Shown piece by piece: positions 50,072-61,080 of a stretch of DNA of 64,000 bases. This DNA is from the human T2T-CHM13v2.0 reference genome, Homo sapiens, in the NCBI RefSeq assembly GCF_009914755.1, contig NC_060929.1; one strand, 5' to 3'. The translations under genes and the position numbers were made by a program. A model generated the notes under the pieces. That model saw only the letters and a list, made by a program, of their open reading frames with translations, was not told where the DNA came from and searched no databases. Within the stretch, counting starts at the first letter, position 1. The number at the start of each line of letters is the position of its first letter.

Positions 50072-50360
50072 TCACATCTCCTCCACCTTTCTGGCCCCAG
50101 GCAGCCACCCAGCTGCCATGCCATGCCCAGCAGCTTTCCACAAAGCTACATAGTGCCCAGAGTGAGCCCCAGGAGGAACACAAAGACGTCGAGCAGGTTC
50201 TGCTCATTCCAGGGCTGCAGGAAGGCATAAGGCTAGAGGTGTGCTGCCCCCTGTCCCCACCCCATCTGGAGGATGTAGTTGATTCAGCCCACCGGCCACT
50301 GGTGGGCTCAGGGTTTGGGAGCACCTGATGATGCTGGTGGCCAGGGCTGCAGACTTGTAC
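50072..50360 (-). pseudogene. Decayed UGT3A exon-7 paralog (orphan terminal exon)
   Basis: Translates YKSAALATSIIRCSQTLSP../G*INYILQ..GAAHL*PYAFLQPWNEQNLLDVFVFLLGLTLGTM*LCGKLLGM; three in-frame stops plus frameshifts; AG acceptor retained at 50361-50362. Confidence 0.9.
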
Positions 50361-53300
50361 CTGTTTGCAGAAACAGAAGGGTGGAAGCAGCATTCAATGA
50401 CAGCTATCAGCAGCTTAGGCTTGACACAAAAGGCTGGTTTTCAGACAGTTGTAGCCTGGCCCTGAAATTTACTAGCTGGGTGCCTACAAACTGTTCAATT
50501 TTCTAAAGATTCCTATGTTCATGAAATTGAACTTAACGCTGAAAAGTAAGGATGTGCATGAGTCAGTCCCTGCCTTCATGGAGCTTATGATCTACTAGAC
50601 CAAGAGATACCTATACAGTTGCTATGTGTGCTCTTGCTAAGGAAGCACTGCTGTTTGTAGTTCTCTCAGTGGATAGAGCTAGGACATGTATACAAGCAGA
50701 TGTGCATATAGATATTCCATACATAAATCTCTATGTCTCTATCTCCATGTCTTTACTATTGTGAATAGTGCTAAAATGAACATGCAAGAACTAGTGTCTT
50801 TTTGGTAGAATTATTCATTTTATTTTGGGTATATAACTAGTAATGGGATGGCTGGGTTGAACAGTAGTTCTATTTTTAGTTCTTCGAGAAATCTCTTTCT
50901 CGAAGAGAAACTGTTTTCCACAGAAGCTGAAGTAATTTACGTTCCCACCAACAGTATATAAGCGTTCCCATTTCTCCATGGCCTTGCCAACATCTACTAT
51001 TTTAGAGCTTTTAATAATAGCCATTCTGACTGGTATGAAATGGTATTTCATTGTAGTTTTGATTCACATTTCCCTGATGATTAGTGATGTTGAGCATTTT
51101 GTCATGTTTGCTGGCTGCTTGCATGTCTTCTTATGAGAAGGGTCTGTTCATGTCCTTTCCCACTTTTTAATTGGGTTGTTTTGATCTCGTTGAGTTCCTT
51201 ATAGCTTCTGAATATTAGTCCTTTGTCAAAGGCATAGTTAGCAAATATTTTCTCCCAATCCATAGGTTGTCTGTTTACTCTGTTGATAGTTTCTTTAGCC
51301 GTGTAGAAACTCTTTGGTTTAATTAGGCCCCACTTGTCAATTCTTGTTATTGTTACCATTGCTTTTGAGGACTTAGTCATAAATTCTTTTGCTTTGTTCA
51401 TTAGAAAAATTGTTTTCTTTATTTTTGTCTGACTGGGTTGATTCAAAGGATCCATCTTTGAGCTCTTAAATTAGTTCCTCTGTTCAGAATAGTCTGTTGT
51501 TAAGGCTTCCAAATATGTTTTGAAATTTCTGTAGTGGTTTTCTCTATTCCAGAAGTTCAATTTTGTTCTTTCTTCTAGCTATGACGTCTTTCATATATTG
51601 GGTCAGTTTTCTGGCTTCCATGGATTGAATTTCAACCTTCTTTTGGATCTTGTTGAACTTTCCTATCCAGATTCTGAATTCTGTGTCTATCTTTTCAGAC
51701 ATTTCAATCTGGTTAGGATTCATTGCTAGGGAGCTAGTGCAATTCTTTGGAGATAATGAAACATTCTGACTTTTTGAATTGCCAGAGTTCTTGCACTGGT
51801 TCCTTATCATCTGAGGGACCTGGGATTTCATTTTCTTTTTGAATTTGGATGGGTCTTTTTGTTTTCCTATTCTTTTTTCCCTTGAGGGTTTGACTGCGGT
51901 TAATGTTGTGTTTAGTTGGTTGGCTTCTTTGCTGGGTGCTCTCAGAGGGCTGAGGCTCTGAATGGGTTCCTAGGTTGTAGATGGTTTCCTGCCGTGGGTT
52001 TCAGAGGCATTGCATTGTTTGGTGGTGTAACTCAAGCTGCAATCCAGTAGATGGCACTTAATGTAAGGCCCACAGATAGGCTCTTCCTCAGCCAGGTGCC
52101 CCTTTTGTTTTACAGTACGTATGCAACAGTGCCCTGGAGAAGAGAGGCAGGGGCGAGAATTGATATCTTTTCTGAGTCTGCTCCCAGGCCTTGGTGACAT
52201 ATCCTTCAACTACAGGCACTGCACCCACATTTCCTTTGCATCAAGGGGGACTTTGGAATTCCCTCATACCTTATACCTTAGGGCCAGTCCCAGCTGAGGG
52301 TTAAATCACCAGGAGACCCACAACACCCCGGTGATATACCAATCCCCTGTGCTTGTAAGAGTCAGAGTGGGCTGTGGAATGTGTCTGGCTGGTGATGCAG
52401 TAGGTCAAGTGTGTGGAGTCTAGGTCCCTAGGCAGGACAAACTGCTTTCCACAGGGACTGAAGTAATTTACATCCCCACCAACAGTGTATAAGCTTCCCA
52501 TTTCTCCATAGCCTGATCAACATCTGTTATTTTTAGACTTTTTAGTAATAGCCATTCTGACTGGTATAAGATAGTATCTCATTGTAGTTTTCGTTTGCAT
52601 TTCTCTGATAATTAATGATGAGCAATTTTTCATATGTTTGTTGACTGTTTGTATGTTTTCTTTTGAGAAGGTCTGTTCATGTCATTTGCCTAATTTTTAA
52701 TGAGGTTATTTGTCTTTTTCTTGTTGATTTGTTTAAATTCCTTGTAGATTGTGAACATTAGCCCTTGGTCAGATGAATCATTTACAAATATTTTCTTCCA
52801 TTCTGTAGGTTGTTTGTTTACTCTGTTGATAGTTTTTTGTTGTTGTTGTTTTGTTTTGGGTTTTTTTTGCTGTGCAGAAGCGCTTTAGTTTAATTAGGTC
52901 TCATTTGTCAATTTCTGTTTTTATTGCATTTGATTTTGAGGACATGGTCATAAATTCTTTGCCTAGGCCAATGTCCAGAAGTTTTATCTAGGTTTTTATC
53001 TAGGATTTTTATAGTCATAGATCTTATATTGAGCATTTTATCCATCTTTAGTTAATTTTTGTACATAGAAAGAAGTAGGTGTCCAGTTTCATTCTTCTGC
53101 ATACAGCTAGCCAATTTTCCAGCACCATTTATTGAATAGGGTGTTCTTTCTCCATTGTTCATTTTTGTCCACCTTTCAAAGATCAGTTGGCTGTAGGTGT
53201 GTGGCTTTATTTCTAGATTCGCTGTTCTGTTTCATTTATCTATGTGTCTATTTTTGTACCAGCCCCATGCTGTTTTGGTTTCTGTCGACTTTCAGGATAG

Positions 53301-53630
53301 TTTGAAGTTAGGTAATGTGATGCCTGGCTTTGTTGTTGTTTTGCTTATGATTGCTTTGGCTGTTTGGGTTCTTTTTTTGGTTCCATATGAATTTTAGAAC
53401 AGTTTTTTTCTAATGCAATGAGAAATGATGTTGGTAATTTCATAGGAATAGTTTTGAATCTCTAGACTGCTTTGGGAAGTATGGACATTTTAACAATATT
53501 GATTCTTCTAATCCATGAGCATGGAATGTTTTTCCATTTGTTTTGTGTTGTCTACAATTTTTTTTTTCAGCAGTGTTTTGTAGTTCTCCTTGCAGAGATC
53601 TTTCATTTCCTTGTTTAGATATATGCCTAG

Positions 53631-54072
<442 letters not shown>

Positions 54073-54969
54073 GAATTGCATCTTTGATTTGGTTCTCAGC
54101 TTGAACACTGTTGATGTGTAAAAGTGTAAATGATTTTTGTACATTGATTTTTTATCCTGAAACTTTACTGGTCATTTATCTAGTCTAGGAGCCTCTTGGA
54201 ATAAGCTTTAGGGTTTTCTAGGTATAGAATCATATCGTCATTGAAGAGAGATAATTTTACTTCCTTTTTTTAAATTTGGATGTCTTTTATTTTTTTTTCC
54301 CTTGCCTGATGGCTCGGGCTGGGACTTCCAGGGCTATGTTGAATAGAAATGGTAAGAGTGGATATCCTTTCCTTTTTCCGGTTCTTAGGGGGAATGCTTC
54401 CAACTTATGTTTATTCCGTATGATGTTGGATGTGGGTTTATCATAGATGGTTCTCATGTATGCTTCTTTAATGCCTAGTTTGTTGAGTGTTTTTATCATG
54501 AAGTGTTGTTGGATTTATCAAAAGCTTTCTTGTATATATTGAAATAACCAAATGGTATTTGTTTTTAACTCTGTTTATGTGGTGAATCTCATTTATTGAT
54601 TTGCACATCTTGAGGCATCATTGCTTCTCAGGAATAAACGCCACTTGTTCATGGTAAATTATCTTTTTGATGTGCTGCTGGATTCGGTTTGCAGGTATTT
54701 TGTTTAGGATTTTTGCATCTTTGTTCACCAGCGATATTGGCCTATAGTTTCCTTTTTTTGTTGTGTCCTTGAAAGATGTTGTATCAGGATGACACTGGTT
54801 TCTTAGAATGAGTTATGGAGGAATCCCTCCTCCTCTACTTTTTGGAATAATTTCAGTAACATTGGCACCAGCTCTTCTTTGTATGTCTGTTAGAATTCAG
54901 CTATAAATCCATCTGCTCCAGGATGGAGCAGGATGTTTTGTTTTTTAACGAAAACAAAAACAACAAAAA

Positions 54970-55247
54970 AACGGTCTCACTCTGTCACCCAGGGTGCAGT
55001 GAAGTGGAGTGATCACAGCTTCTTGCAGCCTTGACTCCCTGGGCTCAAGAAATCTTCCCACCTCAGCCTCCCAAGTAGCTGGGACTACTGGCACACACCA
55101 CCATACATGGCTAATTTTTGTATTTTTTGTAGAGATGAGATTTCACATTGGTGCCCAGGCTGGTCTCAAATTCCAGGGTTCAAACATTCCACCCATCTCA
55201 GCCTCCCAAAGTTTTGGGATTACAGACATGAGCCACTGCACCTGGCC
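54970..55247 (-). mobile_element. AluJ-like
   Basis: Diverged dimer. Confidence 0.88.
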
Positions 55248-56778
55248 GAATTTTTTATAGTGGGTTAATTTTTATTACTTATACAACTCCAAAACTCATT
55301 ATTGGTCTATTCATGGTTTCCATTTCTTCCTGGTTCAACTTTGGGAGGCTGGGTATTTCCAGGAATTTATGCATTTACTCTAAATTTTCTAGTTTGTGCC
55401 CATACAGATGTTCATAGCAGTCTCTGAGGATCTTTTATATTTCTGTGGAATCAGTTGTAATGTCACCTTTGCCCTTTCTGATTGTAGTTATTTGTATCTT
55501 CTCTCTTTTTTCCCTGCATCTAGCTAGTGGTCTATCAATCTTGTTTATCCTTTCAAACAACTAACTTTTTATTTCATTTATCCTTTTTATGGCTTTGGGG
55601 GTCTCAATTTCATTTGTTTCTGCACTGATTTTAGTTATTTCTTTTCTTCTGCTAGCTTTGAGTTTAGTTCTTGTATGTTTGTTCTTGTTCTTTTGTTTGT
55701 TCTTGTTCTTGTTCTTTCAGGTGCAACATTAAATTGTTAATTTGAGATTTTTCTATCTTGATGTAGGCATTTAGCACTATAAACTTTCCTCTTACCACTG
55801 CTTTTGCTGTATTCCAGAGATTTTGGTATATTATACCTCTATTTTCATTCATTTCAAATAATTTTTTATTTCTCTCTTAATTTTATTATGTACCCTAAAG
55901 TCTTTCAGGAACAAGTTGTTTAGTTTCCATGTAATTGTGTGGTTTTCAGAGTTCCTCTTGGTATTGATTTCTAATTTTATTCCACTGCGGTGCATGATGA
56001 TGCTTGGTGCAATTTCATTTTTTTAAATTGGTTAGGATTTGCTTTATGACTGAGCATGTGGTTAATCTTTGAGAAAGTTCTGTGCACAGATGAGAATAAC
56101 ATATATTCTGTGGTTGTTAGCTGGAGTATTCACCAGATGTCTATTAGTTCTGTTTGGTCAAGTATCAAATTTAAGTCCAGAATTTCTTTGTTAGTTTTCT
56201 GTCTCTGTGATCTGTCTAATGCTGTTATTATGTTATTATATGGCTGTTTATCTCCTTTCTTACTTCTGGAAGTAATTGTCTTATAAATCTGGGTGCTCCA
56301 ATATTGAATGCCTATATATTTAGGATAGTTAAATCATCTTGTTGAATGGAACCATTTATCATTACATAATGCCCTTCTTTGTTCTCTTTTACTATTGTTG
56401 GTTTAAAGTCCGTTTTATCTGATACAAGAATTGCTACCCCTGCTTCTTTTCATTTTCCATTTCAGTGATAGATCTTTCTCTATCCTTTTATTTTGAACAC
56501 GTGAGATGGATGTCATGAAGGCAGCAGAGGGTTAAATCTGTTTTTTATCCATATTGCCATTCTATGTCATTTAAGGAGCGCATTTAGGCCATTTACACTC
56601 AAGGTTAATATTGATATGTGAGGTTTTGTTTCTATTGTGGTATTATTAGCCAGTTGCTAGTTGTTAGCTAGTTGCTTTGTAGTTTCTATTATGTAGTTGT
56701 TTTATGTAGAGTCTATGGGCTTTACTTACACGTGCTTTTGTTGTAGCAGGTATTGTTCCATGCTCAGAACTCCTTTTA

Positions 56779-57030
56779 GCCTGGATCTGCAGCTGTGGTT
56801 TGGGCAGCTGCAGTGGCACCCAGGAGGGCAGGGTTCCTGCCTGCTCCTGGACCTCAAGAGCACAGGGAGGCTTAGATCTGCCTGCTCCATGGGGCGTGCG
56901 ACTCCTGCCTGCTCCGTGGGGCTGCGGCTCCTGCCTGCTCCTTGGTCGTGCAACCCCATCCACACCCCTCTACTGCAGCCTGCGTGATGGCAGCGGCAGG
57001 CCATCTGGAGCTGCCGCTGCCATCACTTCT
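56779..57030. mobile_element. GC-rich LTR fragment (MER52-like) embedded in the L1
   Basis: GCAGCTGTGGTTTGGGCAGCTGCAGTGGCACCCAGGAGGGCAGG and repeated CCTGCTCC.TGG motifs. Confidence 0.65.
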
Positions 57031-58059
57031 GCTTAGTTTTTTCTATTGTTATGTCTTCCAGCTGTATTTTGAAATCTCTGTAGTGAATTTTTCTATTCCA
57101 GAAATTCTGTTTGGTTCTTCCTTAATATAACTATGTCAACTTACATATCCTGGATCATTTTTCTGGTTTCTTTGTATTAGATTTCAACTTGCTCTTGGAT
57201 CTCATTGTGTTTCCTTGCAATTCATATTTTGAGTTACCTTTCATTTCAGACATTTCCATCTAGTTAGGATCCATTACTAGGTAGCTGGTGTGATCCTTTG
57301 GAAGTGTAAAACACTGTTGCTTTTTGTACTACTGGAGTTCCTGTGCTGATTCCTTCTCATCCAAAGATGCTGTAACTTCTTTTTTTGAATTTGCTATCAT
57401 TTGGGTGAGTCTTTTTCATTTTTTAATTTTTTCCCTTGGGGGTGTATGACTGTGGTGCATATTGTGTATGATCATTTGGCTTAGTTTCTAGGTGCTTTCA
57501 GGAGACAAGTATTCTGTACGGGTTCCTTGGTTGTGGATGGGTTCTAGGCGGTGGAACCTATCCACAAGCTATCTCAGATGCTGTTTGCTGTAGCTATGTA
57601 TTTTTTGTTTAGTGGTGGAGTTCAGATGGAGCCCAGTAGATGGCGATAAAAAGTAAGAGCTACCAGGTAGGCTGATGCCTAGTGTACGTGCCCTCCCTGA
57701 TGAGGATGGCAGAAAGAGATCCTGTTGGAGTATGCTGAAGTCTCACGGGAAGGTGGAGCAGAAAGTGCATCAGCTCCTTGTCCTGAGCTGGCAGGAACAC
57801 GATCTGCTTCCATATCATGCCCCGTCACAGGGCTCATGACCTGTTTACAAAGGCTTTGTTCTTTGGTTCCCGGCCACAGTGTAGCTGTACACCACAGATT
57901 GACCTCTCTGAGGGATACCACTAGTATGGGGGTCAGGGCAGAATTTCTTCCCCCAGTCCAGAGCAGGAAACTTCATGGTCTGTCCTCAGTTGCCGGGGCA
58001 CGGCTGCTCCATATAGGGAGGGGAAGTTGGACCCCACCCTTCATCCCATTCTATTGTTA

Positions 58060-59745
58060 ATGAGAATCTGATTGTTACCAGCTCTTACCATCATAAATAA
58101 AGCTACAATGAACATTCTTATGCATGCCTTTTGTTGGAAATGTGCATTCATTTATCTTGGTATGAATCTAGGAGTGGAATTCCTTGATCACAAGGTAGGG
58201 TAGGTTAAGCTTTCTTAGATATTACTAAAGAGTTCTTCTAAGGATTGTACCAGTTTCCACTACCACCAGCAATGTATGAGAGTTCAACTTGCCCCACAGC
58301 CTTCCCAAATCTGGAATTGTCAGTAAGTCTTTTTAGTGTTAGTTATTAATATCTCCTTGTTTTAATTTGCATTTTCCTGATTACCAATGATGTTGCATAC
58401 TTTTGAAATATATTATTGGCAATTTGGGTAGCCTTGTTTATGAAATGCCTAAGCAAGTATTTTGTCATTTTTCAAATTATGTGGGATTTTTTTTGTTTTG
58501 TCTTATTTTTTGTAGGAATTTATATATATTCTCGATCAGAGTCCTTTGTTCAATATACATTGGGTGCTGTCTTCTCCCAGTATATGACTGGTCCTTTATT
58601 CGCCTAACGGTATCTTTTGATTAATGGAATTTCCTATTCATAATTCTAAGGTATTTATTTTTTTATGTTTAGATTAGTGCTTTTCATACTGTCCAATAAA
58701 AAATACCTTGCATATTCTGAGTTCAAAAATACATCGCTTGTTTTTTTCCAGAATCTTTATTGATTTATCTATTATACTTCAGTCTATGATTCATTTCAAA
58801 TTTTCTATGTACAGTGCTGGGCATTTTTTCCATGTGGGTATATAATTGCTTCAGCAACATTTATTGGGAAAAATTTTTTAACTTTTATTTCCACATTGTA
58901 TTGGGGTTTTGGTCATAAAACAAAAGATCATTTTTTGTGGGGTTATTTCTGAATACTACTATTCTGTTTCATTGATCGACCTTGATAGCCTTATTCTAAT
59001 ATTATACTGCCTTAATCACAGTAGCTTTAAAGTAAATCTTGAAATCTGGAATTCTAATTTTTCTGAAGTTCTCCTATTCCACATTGAAACAACTTGTTAA
59101 TTTTAACAAAGACATTTATAGTATAATTATATAGTAATTTTATAGTTTTCTCAAGATTTAATTGAATCTAGACATCAATTTGGGTAAATTGATTTCTTCA
59201 CAATGTTAATTCTTCCAATCCATCTCCAGTTAATTACATCCTCTTCAATTTTTTCCAAGGTTTTATAGTTTTCAGTGTACAGATCATTTAATTTATTTAA
59301 AAGATTTTGTTTTATGATTATTATAAAATGTACTATGACATTTTATGTCAATTTTCAATTGTTTATTTCTGGTATATAGAAATACAATTGATATTTGTAA
59401 ACTGACCTTTTATCCTATGACAAGGTTGGGTTCATTTAGTAATAGCTGTAAAACCAGACCTGGTACTGAGAGTTTACTGAACCATTTGTGATTCCCTTGG
59501 ATTTTCCATGTACCTAAATGCATAATCTGCCAAGAGTTTTATTCTTTCTTTTTTATTTTATTTTTTGGCCTAATTGCATTCCATGGACTTCCATATAATG
59601 TTGAAAGGAAATGGCGAGAGTGGACCTGCCTGTCATGTTCCTGACTTTAGGGAAAAGAAATAGAGTTATTTTTTCACCATTGAATGCTACGTCAGTTTAG
59701 AATTTGTAAATACTTTTTATTAGATGAGGAAGATTTCTTTATATC
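58060..59745 (-). mobile_element. Ancient L1M ORF2 3' region
   Basis: Highly diverged L1 ORF2 antisense motifs. Confidence 0.7.
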
Positions 59746-59821
59746 TAGTTATGAAATAGACAATTTTTGAATATAGATCAATAAATTAAAATGCATGTTA
59801 TAATCCCTAAGGGAACCACTA

Positions 59822-59907
59822 GATACACGTACGCATACACATACAAATACACATGAACATACACACCCACCCACACACATGCACACACACACACACACAC
59901 ACATACA
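59822..59907. repeat. Imperfect (CA)n microsatellite
   Basis: Direct reading. Confidence 0.9.
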
Positions 59908-59959
59908 AACTAAAAAGTCAATAGGGGAAATAAAGCGGTGTAATAACAGTATACCTCTA

Positions 59960-61080
59960 ATTCACCCAAAGAAGACACAAGAATAGAAATTAAGTAGCAG
60001 GTGGCACAGCTCAGTGCCCAGGGAGTCCTTCTTAGCCCACAGTTTCTCCCAAAGGAGAAAATGAAAACTGAATTACAAGTTTTCTCAGCCTGTGGTACAC
60101 TGCCCACCCAGAACATTAAGGGGATCAGGAAAATTGAAATGTCTGGGACAGCTAGAAGCATTGAGAAGGGGAAGAAGTACACAGCAACTGGTGTGTGATT
60201 CTCAATAGCTGGACATGGATTCTGCTAAGTGGCTTGAGGATTCTAGCAAAAGGCCCACCCATAAACCCCACACAAGGAAAACTTGCTGGCAGACTCCCCC
60301 ATTAACAAACTAATGCATGCCTTAAACATACTGTGTGTCCATCCAGGATGTTGCCCTGTGCATCTCTGTGCACAAGGCCTAAGTACTCCTGCAAATGGCA
60401 CATGGATCTGAATAGCAGATGCAGATTTTAGCAGCAGGTTCAACTCCATTGGAATGTGAAAAGAAGCACACAACCTTGAAAACTTTGGGGCATTGTTGGG
60501 TAAAACAGATAAACTCTCAGTACCAGGTCTGGTTTTACAGGACTGAGAGACAGAACATAATCATAAGACTTCCTCCCTTAGAGGGAACAAGAGGAGTGAA
60601 GCAGATGCATCCATAGAAAAGGTCTGAGAGACCCCAGAATCTCTAGTGGGACTTACTGAGGAAGGTCTATCTCTCGCAATGCTAGAAAGTAGACTGACAT
60701 AGGTGACTACTTTTGCAAATGCAAACAAAGAAAGAAAACCCTCAAAGAACACAAAGAATCAATGAATTATGGTATTACAAAAGGAACACTATAAAGCTCT
60801 GGTGGCTGACCCAAAATAAATAGAAATCTACATACGGCCTGACCAAAAAAAAAAAAACAAAAAATAATCATTTTAAAGAAGCTTAGTGAGTTACAAGAGA
60901 ACAGATAGACAACTAAGTGATATCAGAAAAACACTACAGGAACAAAATGGAAAGTGCAACAAAGGGACAGAAACCATAAAAATAAGCCAACAGAAATTCT
61001 ATACAATATCTGGCTGAAAAACTCAATAGAAATCCTCAACAGCTTGATAGAAATCTAGCAAGTAGAAAAAAAAGAATTTG
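59960..61080 (+). mobile_element. Ancient L1M 5'UTR/ORF1 start
   Basis: ORF1-like ..ILKKLSELQENTDRQL.. at about 60865-60915. Confidence 0.6.

Larger units (their letters stand above)
47960..50400 (+). repeat. Direct local duplication of about 11790..14270 (LTR end, downstream flank, 3'UTR, exon 7)
   Basis: Colinear alignable sequence, e.g. 49124-49490 vs 12961-13330; duplicated ORF-track peptides 49197/12993 and 49429/13267. Confidence 0.95.

Noticed and set aside
59446-60540. DNA transposon defined by 31-bp TIRs
   Set aside because: No TSD; the interior is L1M fragments and a CA repeat that continue beyond the repeats
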